The notes beneath the pieces were generated by a model that searched no databases, was not told the origin of the DNA, and saw only the letters and a list, made by a program, of their open reading frames with translations. A stretch of 64,000 bases of DNA from Kudoa neothunni (taxonomy: Eukaryota; Animalia; Cnidaria), in NCBI GenBank assembly GCA_964304625.1, contig OZ199840.1, forward strand, positions 2,468,787-2,532,786. The letters are read 5' to 3'. Shown here piece by piece: positions 38,955 to 51,097 of the stretch. The translations under genes and the position numbers were made by a program. Every line of letters starts with the position of its first letter. The first letter of the stretch is position 1.

Positions 38955-40997
38955 GGTTAAAGTGCAGAACAGGTTGATGGATTAGTTATTAATCTCCGTG
39001 TTTATTTGCTGCGTTATTTTTAAGTTACTCAATGTGCTTGATAAGTCTCATTATAAATGCGAGTCAGGTTAAATTGTTTTTTAGGTGTATACCGACGAAA
39101 ACACGGAAAGAGAACCAAATTTACATTCCATTATTTAAAATCCAAACTTTATTTGCATCTCATCTTTTTTATTACCTCTTGTAATACCCAGGATGAATAT
39201 ACAAAAACATTAATGTCTTAGCTCAAAATTTGTTCTAATAAGAATTCCTATAAAATAGAGAGCTTAATAAGAGGCTTTTATTTTAAATACTCTGAAATAA
39301 TTTTACTTATACGGATGTGCATAATTTTTGGTTACATATAGATGGAAGATTGGCCAGCAATTGAAACAAAAACATTGGAAGTAAAATGAGAAACCATTAA
39401 GAATTGAGTTGAAGTATATGATGTTTCAAAAATATTCTTATTCGTGACATTTGCAATGCTATTTTTACCACAACATACCCCACTAATTATCAAGACCGTT
39501 TGTAATAGTCAGTCGCGCTTTATTAATTCTAGAAAAAAATTTACGAATATGAACAATAATTGATTGTCTTCTAGTCCGAATTTGTCGATAACTGTATCTA
39601 CAACGCATCCAAATTAAGGAAATTTTTTTGCAACTAGCTCGAACTGCCCAGCGTTGCTTGGGGAAGATTTCGCCTAGAGGCATTTTTTAATAGCATTCAA
39701 AAAATATATTGAAATCTCGAATTAACCCATAGGAACAAAATAACTAAAAATTTTTAATCAACTTACTATAACGATTTGGATTATGCAATTTAAATTATGA
39801 TAATTTCTGTGGAGGAAAGTATTAATCCCTGCGTCCATTTAAAAATTTCGTGGTTCGGCATCAACGCTAAACAAGTTAAGGTCAACGTTGTATTTTTTTT
39901 CATTCCGAATTATTTAAATCCCGTTAAAGTGTTATCTAAAACGTTATTTTTTGGCCTGGAGGATTTTAAAAGTCGAATTCTGGTCCGGCTCGGTAACTGT
40001 GAGCACCACTAACTTTTTAAGAGATAAAAAAATAGAAAAAAATAAAAGAGATAGGAGAAAACTTATGGAAATTAGTCGATATTGCTAGAATTAGCATCGT
40101 TTAGCTCGGCATAAACAATTTAAATAATTTGGTGAAATAAAAGTACAACCATCCGCATTGAATTTAATCTCGTAAAGTAAAACTTAGCGGACGATTTAAT
40201 GAAACCTATGAACGCAGTATTTCCATTATAACGCTTCAATCAATGTAACTTTGACGTTCTCCACAAATTCGTCATTTGTGAAACATATATAGATTTTTTA
40301 TAACATTTAAAACCATTAATAGAACTTATAAAATATACTTATCAAGTCATATACGTTAAAACTCCACAAATAAGGGGTGTATTTAACCAGATACCCAAAT
40401 AGAAACGCCAACCCTATATATAAAGATAGATAGAAGCAGTTAATGAACATATGATGGAGCATATAAGGGAGATAGTTAACTTCAACCGACCATCACCATG
40501 ACATAAGCAAGCGCTAATCTTATAGATGAACTCATGTAATCCGATAAACAAACTTTAAATCGACAAAATCATTATTTCATAAATACTTTTTGGAAACTTT
40601 AGGAGTCCGAAAACAATTAAACGACTTTTCTAAATATCACAAATTTATAAAAAGTTGATATATGGCTCCCTATAAGGAAAAAATTATCCGCACATGCGTA
40701 CTTAGGGGCATACACACAAACAAACATACCGACAGTCCTCTTTTATATATATAAAGGATTAAGAGAGTATACCACTAAGTTACATATAACAGTACTTACT
40801 TCATTATATAGTTTAATTTACACAGTAAAGTACAAATTAAGAATTTTTGGATTAATAACATTGAAAGACATAGTCAATATTTAAATTCAAAATTGATCAA
40901 ACGTTGTATTCTCAGTTCTCGGTCGAGGCGTGTGCGAGATAAAAATATGGATTATCGACTAATCCCGTCTAATCCATACCTGTTCTGCACTTTAACC
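38955..40997. mobile_element. Non-autonomous TIR element, probably Merlin-related
   Basis: TIRs GGTTAAAGTGCAGAACAGG..TGGATTAG / CTAATCCATACCTGTTCTGCACTTTAACC; flanks AACAGAGGC / GGCAAAGGC form a degenerate 8-9 bp duplication. Confidence 0.7.
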
Positions 40998-41232
40998 GGC
41001 AAAGGCTATTGGCACGAGAAAATTTAATCCTAAACGGCATGTTCGCTTGCCCAATGAGAATTTGTAATCTCAACAACTCCAATTTACATGCTGGTTATAG
41101 ATTTAATTTTTTAGAATCTGCTATATTTAATTATTTCTGGTCCCTAAGAACGGCACAGTGAGCCAGAAATAATTAAATATAGTCAAAACTAACGTCATGT
41201 GAATATTATTTACCGTGCCAATAGCCACTTCC
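40998..41232 (+). mobile_element. MITE family A, best-preserved copy
   Basis: GGCAAAGGCTATTGGCACG ... CCGTGCCAATAGCCACTTCC; internal perfect 20-bp hairpin arms CTATATTTAATTATTTCTGG / CCAGAAATAATTAAATATAG. Confidence 0.8.
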
Positions 41233-42428
41233 TTGAGTAATGACATAATAATGAACAGGTCTTTAACGATTCTTGATAACAAAATAAAAGAATGTAGAGA
41301 GCAAAAATTCTCAAAGGTTTGAAGTTATTATTTGGAGCTGAATTTTTTCTCTCCGCATTCTTTTATTTTATTATTGAGAATCGTTAAAAAAGGAATGCTA
41401 GAAAACGTTCGCAATAGAACGTTTTTTAGGTGCCGCATACATAACCATTACCTGATATTTTATTGACAGACCTAATGAATATTGAAACCTAATATGTTTT
41501 TTGTATTATTCAATGGTGAAATGCGTAAAGATTCATAAAAATATAAGAATAATTTTAAACAGTCAATTTAAAGATATCTTGATACATTTTAATGTAATTT
41601 GACACATTATTCTTCACTACATACTGGTTTTAAAAATAGAAATTTTATTGGTATCAGTTTTAAGAATCTGTACCTTTTGGGGAGTACCGTGTACTGCTTC
41701 AAAGTTGATAGCGGCTGCCGATACCGTTATTGGCATCGGTATCGAGGCAACCCTATTATTTGGTTTACTTAAATTGAACAGATACCCGTTATCGGTTAAG
41801 GTAGTGGTAAATGGTGAAAAAAAATTTGGCCTAGAGGGTAATGATACAAAATCGGTTGGAAACCCCTACCTTAGAGGGATAAAAGAGTCTTAAAACTTTT
41901 TGAATTTTATTATCTGAAATTATTTGGAGATTTCACTCATTTCGTAAAAAACCTTGGTGTAATTATTTCCAAAGTTTTTTCTTATTTGAATAAGAGTGAA
42001 TATTTTGTATCAAATTTTTCATCAAAATATTTTAAAATACATAACACCAGTCGCTTTTTTTTTTGAAAAATAATTATTTAGTTATTCAAACAAAAAATTT
42101 GTATCATTTAAATATTGGAAATGCAAAAACTAACTAAGCATAGTTGATGTTAAAACTTGCATCATTGCTGCTATAAAATTTTGTATATGAGGACAACTTA
42201 CTAGTTTATAGCTCTTATTATTTTTATTTAGTAATATTAAAAGAGTCATAGGAATTATAAATAAAAATCTTGCTTTAATATTTTTAGTCAATTGGATTTC
42301 GACTGTACTCTCAAATGTAAAAGTTCCATTTATTAAAGTTTTATGATTAATAAGTAATGAAAATATATCTTAAATTATTTGATTTATTCTGTAGATATTA
42401 GTTATTCCAAACCTCTACTCTGAGTTAA

Positions 42429-43417
42429 CCCTCATGGGACCGACTGGGGTCATTTGTGACCCCAATTTCGGTAGATTGGCTTTTTTTCGCATATTAGACT
42501 AAATGAGGTCTCAAAAATTCTGGATTCCTTAATTATAGTCCATAATTGTTAACTGTAAAGTTACAAAGAAAAAAGTGTAATTACTGATTTAAATATTTTA
42601 CTCTTAATAAGCGATGTGCTCGCTACTTCATTTAAAAGTGATTGTTACGAATTGATATCAAAATAATAAGTATTATAAAGAAAGCTAATGACATTAATTT
42701 TGATTAAAAAACGTTAGAGCATTAATAGAAGCGTAATAAATGCATTTGTTGGTTTCGCGCCGATGAACTTCGTTTGGATATGGTGATTATCCAGAGATTA
42801 GCCTTTAGAAGAAATTTCAACATGCAATGTAATGAAGGACGGCATACATCGAATTTTTACTTTAAATCAAGAAGAAGAAGAGTCAATAAAATCCGTTACT
42901 AACTTTAAAATATATTTATTTTTTACTGAAAATATGTTTTATAGTCTCCACATCTGAATAATTATAAGTTAGTTGGGAAGGGCGTAACTGTTTAATAATC
43001 AAAGATCAAATTATTATCTACTGTTGCATACACGTATTATCGAGCCACGCCGGAGATTGTAATCATCAAATGCTTGGGGTCTCATGCTCAAAGTTCACAT
43101 TAAAACTCGATTAGATATTCTATTATTATCGTTTTCTCTTTGAAAATGTTTTAACATAGTGGTATCTATCTATTTAAGACATTATATCCATTAATATACG
43201 AATAACATGAATAATGGTTTATGGAGCGATGTACGCATTTAATGGTAACTTAGCTGATAGGAATCCCATTACCAAATTTTTATTAAATACATACAATAAG
43301 TATAACAACTAGGCGGACTGAACGAATATAACCGTTAAAAAAATGAAAAAGTCTTGGGGTCAAAAATGACCCTAATTGATTCCTCGCGTAAATATTTTTC
43401 AGTCGGTCCTTCGAATG
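42429..43417. mobile_element. Non-autonomous piggyBac element
   Basis: TTAA flanks both ends; CCCTCATGGGACCGACTG / CAGTCGGTCCTTCGAATG TIRs; subterminal palindromes GGGGTCATTTGTGACCCC and GGGGTCAAAAATGACCC. Confidence 0.75.
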
Positions 43418-43972
43418 TTAAAGTTGTTGTTTCGAATAAAACGTAGATAATAAAATTTATAAAAACTTAATATTTTTTTAGATTAATTTATGAAATGAAT
43501 AATGGTAGGCATTAAAGTAAAATTAATCCTGAAGTGATTTTTCGAATTCATAATCACGTTTGTGAGTGTGGTCCAATAGAGGATTCTCCTAATCTTTGTT
43601 TACCACACACGTGACAATATCAAACGTGATATATCTCAATCTTTATAAAATATATGATAAATAAGATCAAATATCGTTTGAAAAATCACTTATTAATGTT
43701 TCTATGATTTTAAGTTTTCCCAGTAACTTCTATTGAGAAAGAGTGATTTTCGCACATGTCCACATGCTGACGCATCTATTCCTTTTTTAAACAAGTGTAT
43801 ATATGGTAGATTTTTTGATTTATGATGCATTCCATATTATAATTTTTATTATATGATACTTTATAATTTTTTCGCCAATAGGGATCGAAATAAATCAAGT
43901 TGTGGGTGTTCATGCGCACCCACATAAACAAATTTAATAGAGTTTTCAGTTGTTCCAACTTTTATCAGCCTT

Positions 43973-45919
43973 ATGTGGTCAAAGATTGTAAAAAATGTTT
44001 CTGAATGTAATGCAAAAAATGGAATCTTTATTCGTCACTACATTGGCCATAAACATTTAAAAACAGTCGATCCAGAAATGTTTGATTTAATTCAAATTGA
44101 AAAACTTCGCCAATTGAAAACGATAAATTTAATTGCTTCTGAAGTATTTTTATCATAATTATATTTTTATATTGTGATTACTTAAGAATTATTGTTCATT
44201 GGCAACACTTGATGCGCTCGGATCTTGCCTCACAAACAAATACTCCGAAGGTAGTGTGGGGAGAAGGTATAGTAAGACTCATTATCCTAAAGTTTTTCAA
44301 AAAACACATTATTCTTAGGTTTTATGCAGGGAATGAGATTATAGATAAGATTGAAACTTTAGTTCAAAATAGGGCATTAGAATTGTTCGATCTCAACCCT
44401 CAAGAGTGGGGTGTTAATGTTCAACCGTATTCAGGTTTTGCTTTTATAAACTGAAGTCAAATAACAATTTGTCCATCTACTAAACAGGAAGTATAGCCAA
44501 TTTTGCCGTGTATACTGCTCTTCTCCAACCTCACGACAGAATGATGGGTCTTGATTTGAGTCATGGTGGGCAGTAATTAACGTTTCAAAAATTTTAATTG
44601 AATTATATGGATCCTTTTTTAGTTTGTCACATGGTTTCCGAGTCCAAAGAAGGCCTATTACAGCATCCGCCATATATTTTGATTCACTTCCATATAGATT
44701 AAATGTTTTATTTACATTTTGTGCGTCCAATTTATTAAAATTTTAGCCTCAAACGGAGCTTATAGATTACGACGAATTGGAAGCAACTGCACTTCGATTT
44801 TTTCCAAAAATGATAATTGCTGGCGCCAGTTGCTATTCGCGTCTAATTGACTATGCACGAATCAAACAAGTTTTTTTTCTCAGTATTTTTATAATCTATT
44901 ATTGAAATAAATTTTAGATATGTGATAAAGTGGGGGCTTTTCTTATGAGTGATGTCGCACACATAAGCGGTCTAATAGCCTCCAAGCTAATTCCGACACC
45001 ATTCCCTCACAGTGATGTAGTGACTACTACCACTCAGAAGTTACTTCGTTCATGCAGGTAATATACTCCATTTTTGGTCTAGTTGTTACAACATTATTGT
45101 ATAAGGGGTGCTCTTATATTTTATCGTCGCCAACTGGACAACAACCGAAAGAGTAAGTGTAATAAAAACCCTCTAATTTAATCTGAATAAAATAGTCGAT
45201 TTGAAAAGCAAAATAGATCGATCTGTGTGCCCTGGTATTCAAGGAGGGCCACAGAATAATTCGATTGCGGCGATTGGCGTGTCTTTGAAAGAAGTAACAT
45301 AATTCATTTCTTTGATATTCATAAGAGATCATCAGGCGCAATCCCCAGAATTTATATCCTATCAAAATAAGTTACTTTCAAATTCCAAAACATTATGCAA
45401 TGAATTACAAAGTCATGGTTATCGCATTGTGTCAGGTTATTGCTATTTTTTGAAAAGCTGACCTGATTTCTGCCACAGGAGGAACCGATAATCATCTCTG
45501 CTTAGTTGATCTAAAACCAAAGGTATGTATTTATCATTCAGGTTAACCTTACCGCTTTTTTATTAAAATTGTAAATCAAGGGTCTCACTGGAGATGTAGC
45601 TGAGTATATGTTGGAAAAAGTTTCTATTATTATCAACAGAAATACATGTCCCAACGATATAAGTGCTTTAAAACCTACAGGAATTAGAGTGGGAACCGCC
45701 GCTTTAACTTCTAGAGGTTTTAACGAAAAAAACATTAAAATTGTTGCCGACTACATAGTTGTCACGCTTAACCTATTACAACAGATTTCATCTACCTCAA
45801 CTATTGATGAAAGATCCAAATTGGACGAAATTATAGATAAAGATCCTTACTTAGCATCGTCTCTTGAGAAAATAAAATCAGACGTTGAATCATTTGCTAG
45901 CTCGTTTCAAATACCATAA
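43973..45919 (+). CDS. SHMT: Serine hydroxymethyltransferase, probably mitochondrial (about 12 introns)
   Basis: LIASE|[23 protein letters not shown]|[13 protein letters not shown]|[40 protein letters not shown]|GGTDNHL, NRNTCP.D, GIRVGT; presequence-like N-terminal extension ending IRHY. Confidence 0.93.
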
Positions 45920-46339
45920 TTTCTTTTCCTAGTTTAATTGTATTGTGCTTTTTTTGATCTCCTATTATTAAATTATGATTACTTGGGGTATTATCTTTTG
46001 TTTTAAGATTGAAAATTATTATAAATAAGATGACCCTAAACAATAAATAAATCATAAGTTTTTTAGTCGTCTTCTAACTTCATTTTATTCGTGGCCTGCT
46101 AAGTACGTCGTTTATGCATTGTTTGGAATCATAAATAATTAACTATAATAAAATGTACGCGGTTTCGCGCCAAAATTCAGAACGTGCGACGATAAAATTC
46201 GTATTTTGTGAGATTGAAATTACGATATTTTCACTTGATAAAAGCAATCGTTTAAAATGAAAAACATTACGACTACATCCAAGTGGATAATTAGTATTTT
46301 ATTCTTATCTCGTGCCACATTTTTCATTAAGTGGAGTTC

Positions 46340-47030
46340 CCTAAAAAGTTCCCGAATGCTCGAACAACATTATAACATCTTTCCAATAACTAAGGGTGTA
46401 GAATTGTTCATTCTTTGAATTAAATCGTTTTTTCGGAAAATGCATCGTGAAACTCGACGTTTGAATGATGGAATCTCACAATGTTCATCGGAACAATAAC
46501 ATTTTGTCCATTTTAATTTCCTTCACTTTTCTTCACAATGGATAAGATCATTTCTGCTAATGGCCAATATCATTGTAACGTCATTTCCTCTATTGTTTGA
46601 AACTACTGCATTGGGGGTGATTCATCTAAGGACTTTCATCCACAAACATAAGATTCCCGTATCTTGTGGTTATAGAAAATTGGGTATACCATTCTGAATA
46701 TTTTATTCTCTGTTACTTTACATCATAAGAATTGCTACACATCAGTACTGTTATAATCATTTTTGATGTAATGTTTATTAATGATAACTTACAATCAGAG
46801 ACGCAAAAGTTAAGATGCAGTCATCGTTAATTTAATCAAACAATTTCCTCTTGATTTCTCCATTATTAATCATTCTTCGAGCTTTATCCCCTGGAAAATT
46901 TGAAAAAGGATTTCTATCTATGAGTCTTTGAACAATATAATTTGCAGTTGATTTGGAACTTCTAAATCCTCTGTAATTCCTTTTCGTGTGATTTCCCCCA
47001 TTTGAGATAATCGCGCTAACCTAAATTGGT
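46340..47030 (-). pseudogene. Decayed Tc1/IS630-like transposase
   Basis: Minus-strand fragments NLMFVDES, SNNRGNDVTMILAISRND and MNIVRFHHS, with many breaks. Confidence 0.55.
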
Positions 47031-47158
47031 GAAAACCTAATACACATAAGGTTTTAATTAGTTTAGGTTATTGAGACATCTATTTTAAGAATATGTAAGC
47101 AATATTTGAATATTTCGTATGTACCGACATTGCATAACCAAAACAAAATATCACATTA

Positions 47159-47245
47159 CAGTAATGTCTCGATATTGCGTAATTTTCCCCATGTTACAAA
47201 ATATTACGCAATAGGAAAGCATTGCGCAATATCGAGATAACGGCG
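47159..47245. mobile_element. Minimal pogo-type MITE (family B), TA-flanked
   Basis: TA-CAGTAATGTCTCGATATTGCGTAA ... TTGCGCAATATCGAGATAACGGCG-TA. Confidence 0.55.
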
Positions 47246-49199
47246 TACACATAAGAAGTTCAAATTTAGTATTTCTTACGGCTAACTAATCTACTTTACG
47301 ATCTGTTGTCCTTTTACTAATAATTTCACGTACAACATTCACAACTGAATGCAGAGAAAATAAGGCTTTAAGATTATTGATGAAAAGCAGGTCCCTTAAC
47401 GTATTAATAGCATTTTTTAATGAGATGTGGGGATGGTTTCACGATGAGTAGCAAAGATCCTGATTTTGAACATAATCGTGAATTTACACTGCTCATCTTT
47501 TTCTAGATACATGATTTTACTATTTTCCGATAGAGTTATATGATCAACATTGTTATCTATACATATGAATATTAAAATTTTTCTGTTAGTTTAGTTCTAA
47601 TATTATTTCTTCTTGCAATACATTAAAGTTTTTTCTTCTTAATTTTTCAACAAAATATAAGAAAAATTGACTATTTTCAAACGAAAATAGTGGAGTTATT
47701 AACCCAATTACGAATTTTGGATGCCGTAACTGTTTCCCAAGCCAATTTTGGCGTATTTAAGCAATCTTGCACAATATTAAATAATTATTTCCTGGCTATT
47801 ACCTTGGAATGACATGTGGTTGCTTAATATTTTTCTATAATTTGCTTTTAAGCTGTGGATTATGTCCAGATCCATTGGTTGCGCCATATAACACATTGGT
47901 AGAGTTTTTTTGGTAGAAATGGGAGCTCGATGTTTTCGAAATTATTGTCTGATATTGGATGAGATGGAAATTGATTAAACAAACAATAAAACCTTTTTGT
48001 TTTGTTTAGTCAATCGATGATTCATTTCTTCGGGTATCTGATAACGTACAGCTTAAAACATCCAAACGTTCATTTGTGAATGGGTTTAAACTGAAAATTC
48101 TTTAATTACCTGAAAACAGAGAAATTTTTAAATTTTCCCCATTATTTACGATGAAAATTTATCTCCGGTCATTGAAAAAGTGATTCAAACCGTAACATTC
48201 CGTTCGGTTTATTTTATACCATTTATATTATGTTCATTTTTTGTAATGTACATGCACTGTAAAAGTTGTTCGTAAAAAAGAGCCATATCCTTCATATTCA
48301 TGGTTCCCTAGATTGTATCTCGAAAAAATTTAGGGGAAATTGAAATTGTCCATTCATTCATAAATACATTTAAAATTTGCGCTACTTACTTCTCCTTGCA
48401 ATTGAAAGTTTTTCAGATCGTAATGCATCTTGAAACTATTAAACCACACCTCACCTCCGTTTAAATTTTTGATTCTGACATCTTTGGCGCTAATAGAATT
48501 TTTTCGATAATAAAAAACCCGAATACTAGTTTATTTTTTTCTCGCATTGAAATTATTCATTTGTAAAGGTTATTTTCAAAATTGTCATATTTGTTGAGTA
48601 TAGATATTTTTATTGATGTTGCAATGTACGAATTTGTGATTTCATCATTCTAAAAAGATTCTATCAAGAGCTGAGCTGCCAATTTTTAGTTATCGATCAA
48701 TATTGATGCTAAAATCACCTGATAAAAAGAAACGTTTTAAAGTGTTAGCTTCAGCGCCAGACATTGGCTTAAAATGCTTATTATAGTTTAAACAGCTGTT
48801 TATAGCGATTAAAATAACAAAAATAAGTCATACAATAGCAAGACACACAGGTTTCTCCTAATTTGTTGGATATTCGCTAGTTCAAAATATAAATTTCTTC
48901 ATATAATTATGCATATAAACATACTGGATAATATTTACACGTTTTATTTGATCAATAAGAAAACATAATGTTAATATAGTTAGATTACGAAGTATCGAGG
49001 CATAGCTGAAATTTCGAGCAAAACAATAGTTTGGTATTGATGGCGAAATGTGGACCATGGATAATCTGTGAATAAATCACCAATTTTTCATTTATTCAAA
49101 AAATAAAAAATAAAAACATTACGTTATAAAGAATGCTCTGATGAAATTCTGTTTAAAAACCATTTATTGCGGGCACATTATTGCAAGCCTACGACTCTC

Positions 49200-49950
49200 A
49201 TCACATGAATTCGTCAAGTTAGCTAGTTAGAGTAGAAGTTATTACATAAGCCATTATTTGAATTATCTTTTACAATTTTTTCAAAATTTTCAACGTGATT
49301 TATGTGAACAAAAGTTATTGGATCCTCAAAATTGTTAGAATGGCTTACAGTTGCATGTTGATAGGAAAAATTCGCAGAAAATTATCGAATATGGTTATAA
49401 GATGGTCATTGATCAGAATGGATTGTACTTTCTTGTTTAATAGATTTTTCCACGTAATGTAAACAATATCCTCAATGCAACCTTGTAATAAAACTGAAAA
49501 ATTACTTTTCTAGTCAACATTGTGCCTTCTAAAATATTCATCTTTTCTCTTGCCACCCGAATAGAATAATCAATTTGAACAATATGCCCAGACCCACTAA
49601 TTTAATTATCATTTTTTATCAGAGTTCGTGAACAAACATCTCCCTAATATTGGTAAAATTAAATAATAATTTCTTTTTCCACGGCTTCTCTTTATCAGCT
49701 TTAGAAGTTGAACATTCGGTACTTCAGGAGTAACAGATAATGATAAATTTTTGAAAATTTAAAATTGAGTTTCCAAGAAATGTTCCTTTCTTTCGAGAAA
49801 TTTTGTTATTTTTATGTATAGGGATTCTCTATATTTCGGATTTATGTCATTTTATCATGCTCATTGGTTTTCCATAAATTCGCGCAATGGCGAGTTCATT
49901 CTTAAAATATTTTCACTTTTCAAACATTCAACACTAGTCATTTCTTACAA
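49200..49950 (-). pseudogene. Decayed Merlin transposase
   Basis: Fragments GSGHIVQID, ESTIHSD and HATVSHSNNFEDPITFVHINHVE. Confidence 0.7.
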
Positions 49951-51097
49951 TGTTATTGATGAAGTCAAGTTGAAACTATCTTTGGTGGATTGAGTAGCCT
50001 TGTAATCTTTAATATCCTTTATCCGGGTCCCAACTTGGCCACCAGTGTCGTTAATTTTAACATTAAATACTATATAGGTTTATATCAATCTTCCGCACGC
50101 TATTTGCGCATAAACAGAATGAATCAAATAGGAGCGCGATACAAGCAGAATTCTATTAAATTTTATACGAAATATTGTTTGAAAATAATGCCGTTAATTT
50201 TGTCCGAACGTTTTGGTGCGATAGCTCGGAATTAATCTAATCAACATTCACAATATTCCGGGATCATTCGGATGTTGCGCGTTTTTGTAAACGTGTTCTG
50301 TGCGCAAATAAAATAACGAACAAATTGGATGAATCTAAGCTCGGTATTAAATCGCGCGAGTGTAAGCTCGCAGATTTTTTATTTCTTAAACATATCCATT
50401 AAATTCACGTTGTCTTAGGTATGCTTGTTGTTAGATTCGTAAAGTTAGTCATAAAACATTCTTTATTTCTTCTACAGTGAATTTGTAATTCTCTTTTTTA
50501 CAACTATCAATGGAGCAGCATGGAAGAGAGCTATCATTGCACAAATAGAGTGAATGCGTATTTCCCCAAAGATGAAGTTTGTGAAGTGTCTTTTTGGTGT
50601 TTGCTTGATGAATGCATTAAATGATGGGTTCCTTTCAAGTAATGTCTCTTTATCATATTGGAAAAATATGACATGATTTAAATTAGAAAACCATAACTAT
50701 CTTTTCACAACATTGCGGCGTTTAATTTCAATCGATCACAAAAGGTTGAAATTCGGAATTACTATGTGATTTCGATGGTGGGGGGAAACATTATAGAACT
50801 TAATCAAATCATACCAATCAAATGTTACAAGTAAATATATTATTTAGATTTTTTGTTTTTTACATAAAATGGCATTAACGTAAAATATTCGATAATGTAA
50901 CAATCATTATAAGCGGTTATTATTACTATTATTTAATTTTTAATTATAACTAAGAATTAAATTCCCTGGTTAAAAAAACCAAATTTTATAACCATTTGAA
51001 AATTTTTCCTCATATACAACACCGGTCGTACTTATCTCATCAGATGGCGGATTTAACTGCAACCATGTGGTATTTTTGTAACTTAGACACTTGTAGC

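Larger units (their letters stand above)
38619..41755 (-). mobile_element. 5' part of an Ac-type hAT element with a BED zinc finger, interrupted by insertions
   Basis: Left end TAGGGTTGCCTCGATACCGAT with GATAC/GTATC subterminal repeats at 41755. ATG at 38887 gives MPTIWKYFKV...KADCTICCAVIS*EGK...NMIKHMKVKH. Confidence 0.7.
36200..41868 (+). mobile_element. hAT Buster-type element (composite, with nested cargo)
   Basis: TIRs CAGGGGTTCCGAAC / GTTGGAAACCCCTA; perfect 8-bp TSD CCTTAGAG (NNNTANNN, Buster-typical) at 36192-36199 and 41869-41876; an extra internal right end finishes at 38618. Confidence 0.85.
35876..41878. mobile_element. piggyBac-type MITE (~330 bp, 35876-36199) whose right TIR is split by the hAT insertion
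   Basis: TTAA-CCCTCTAAGGA with subterminal palindrome GGGTGAAATTCATCCC and its mirror GGGATGAATTTCACCC near 36144. The right TIR CCTTAGAG-GG is completed at 41869-41878 and followed by ATAA. Confidence 0.7.

Noticed and set aside
47700-48800. Possible decayed coding sequence
   Set aside because: No recognisable motif or consistent exon chain on either strand.
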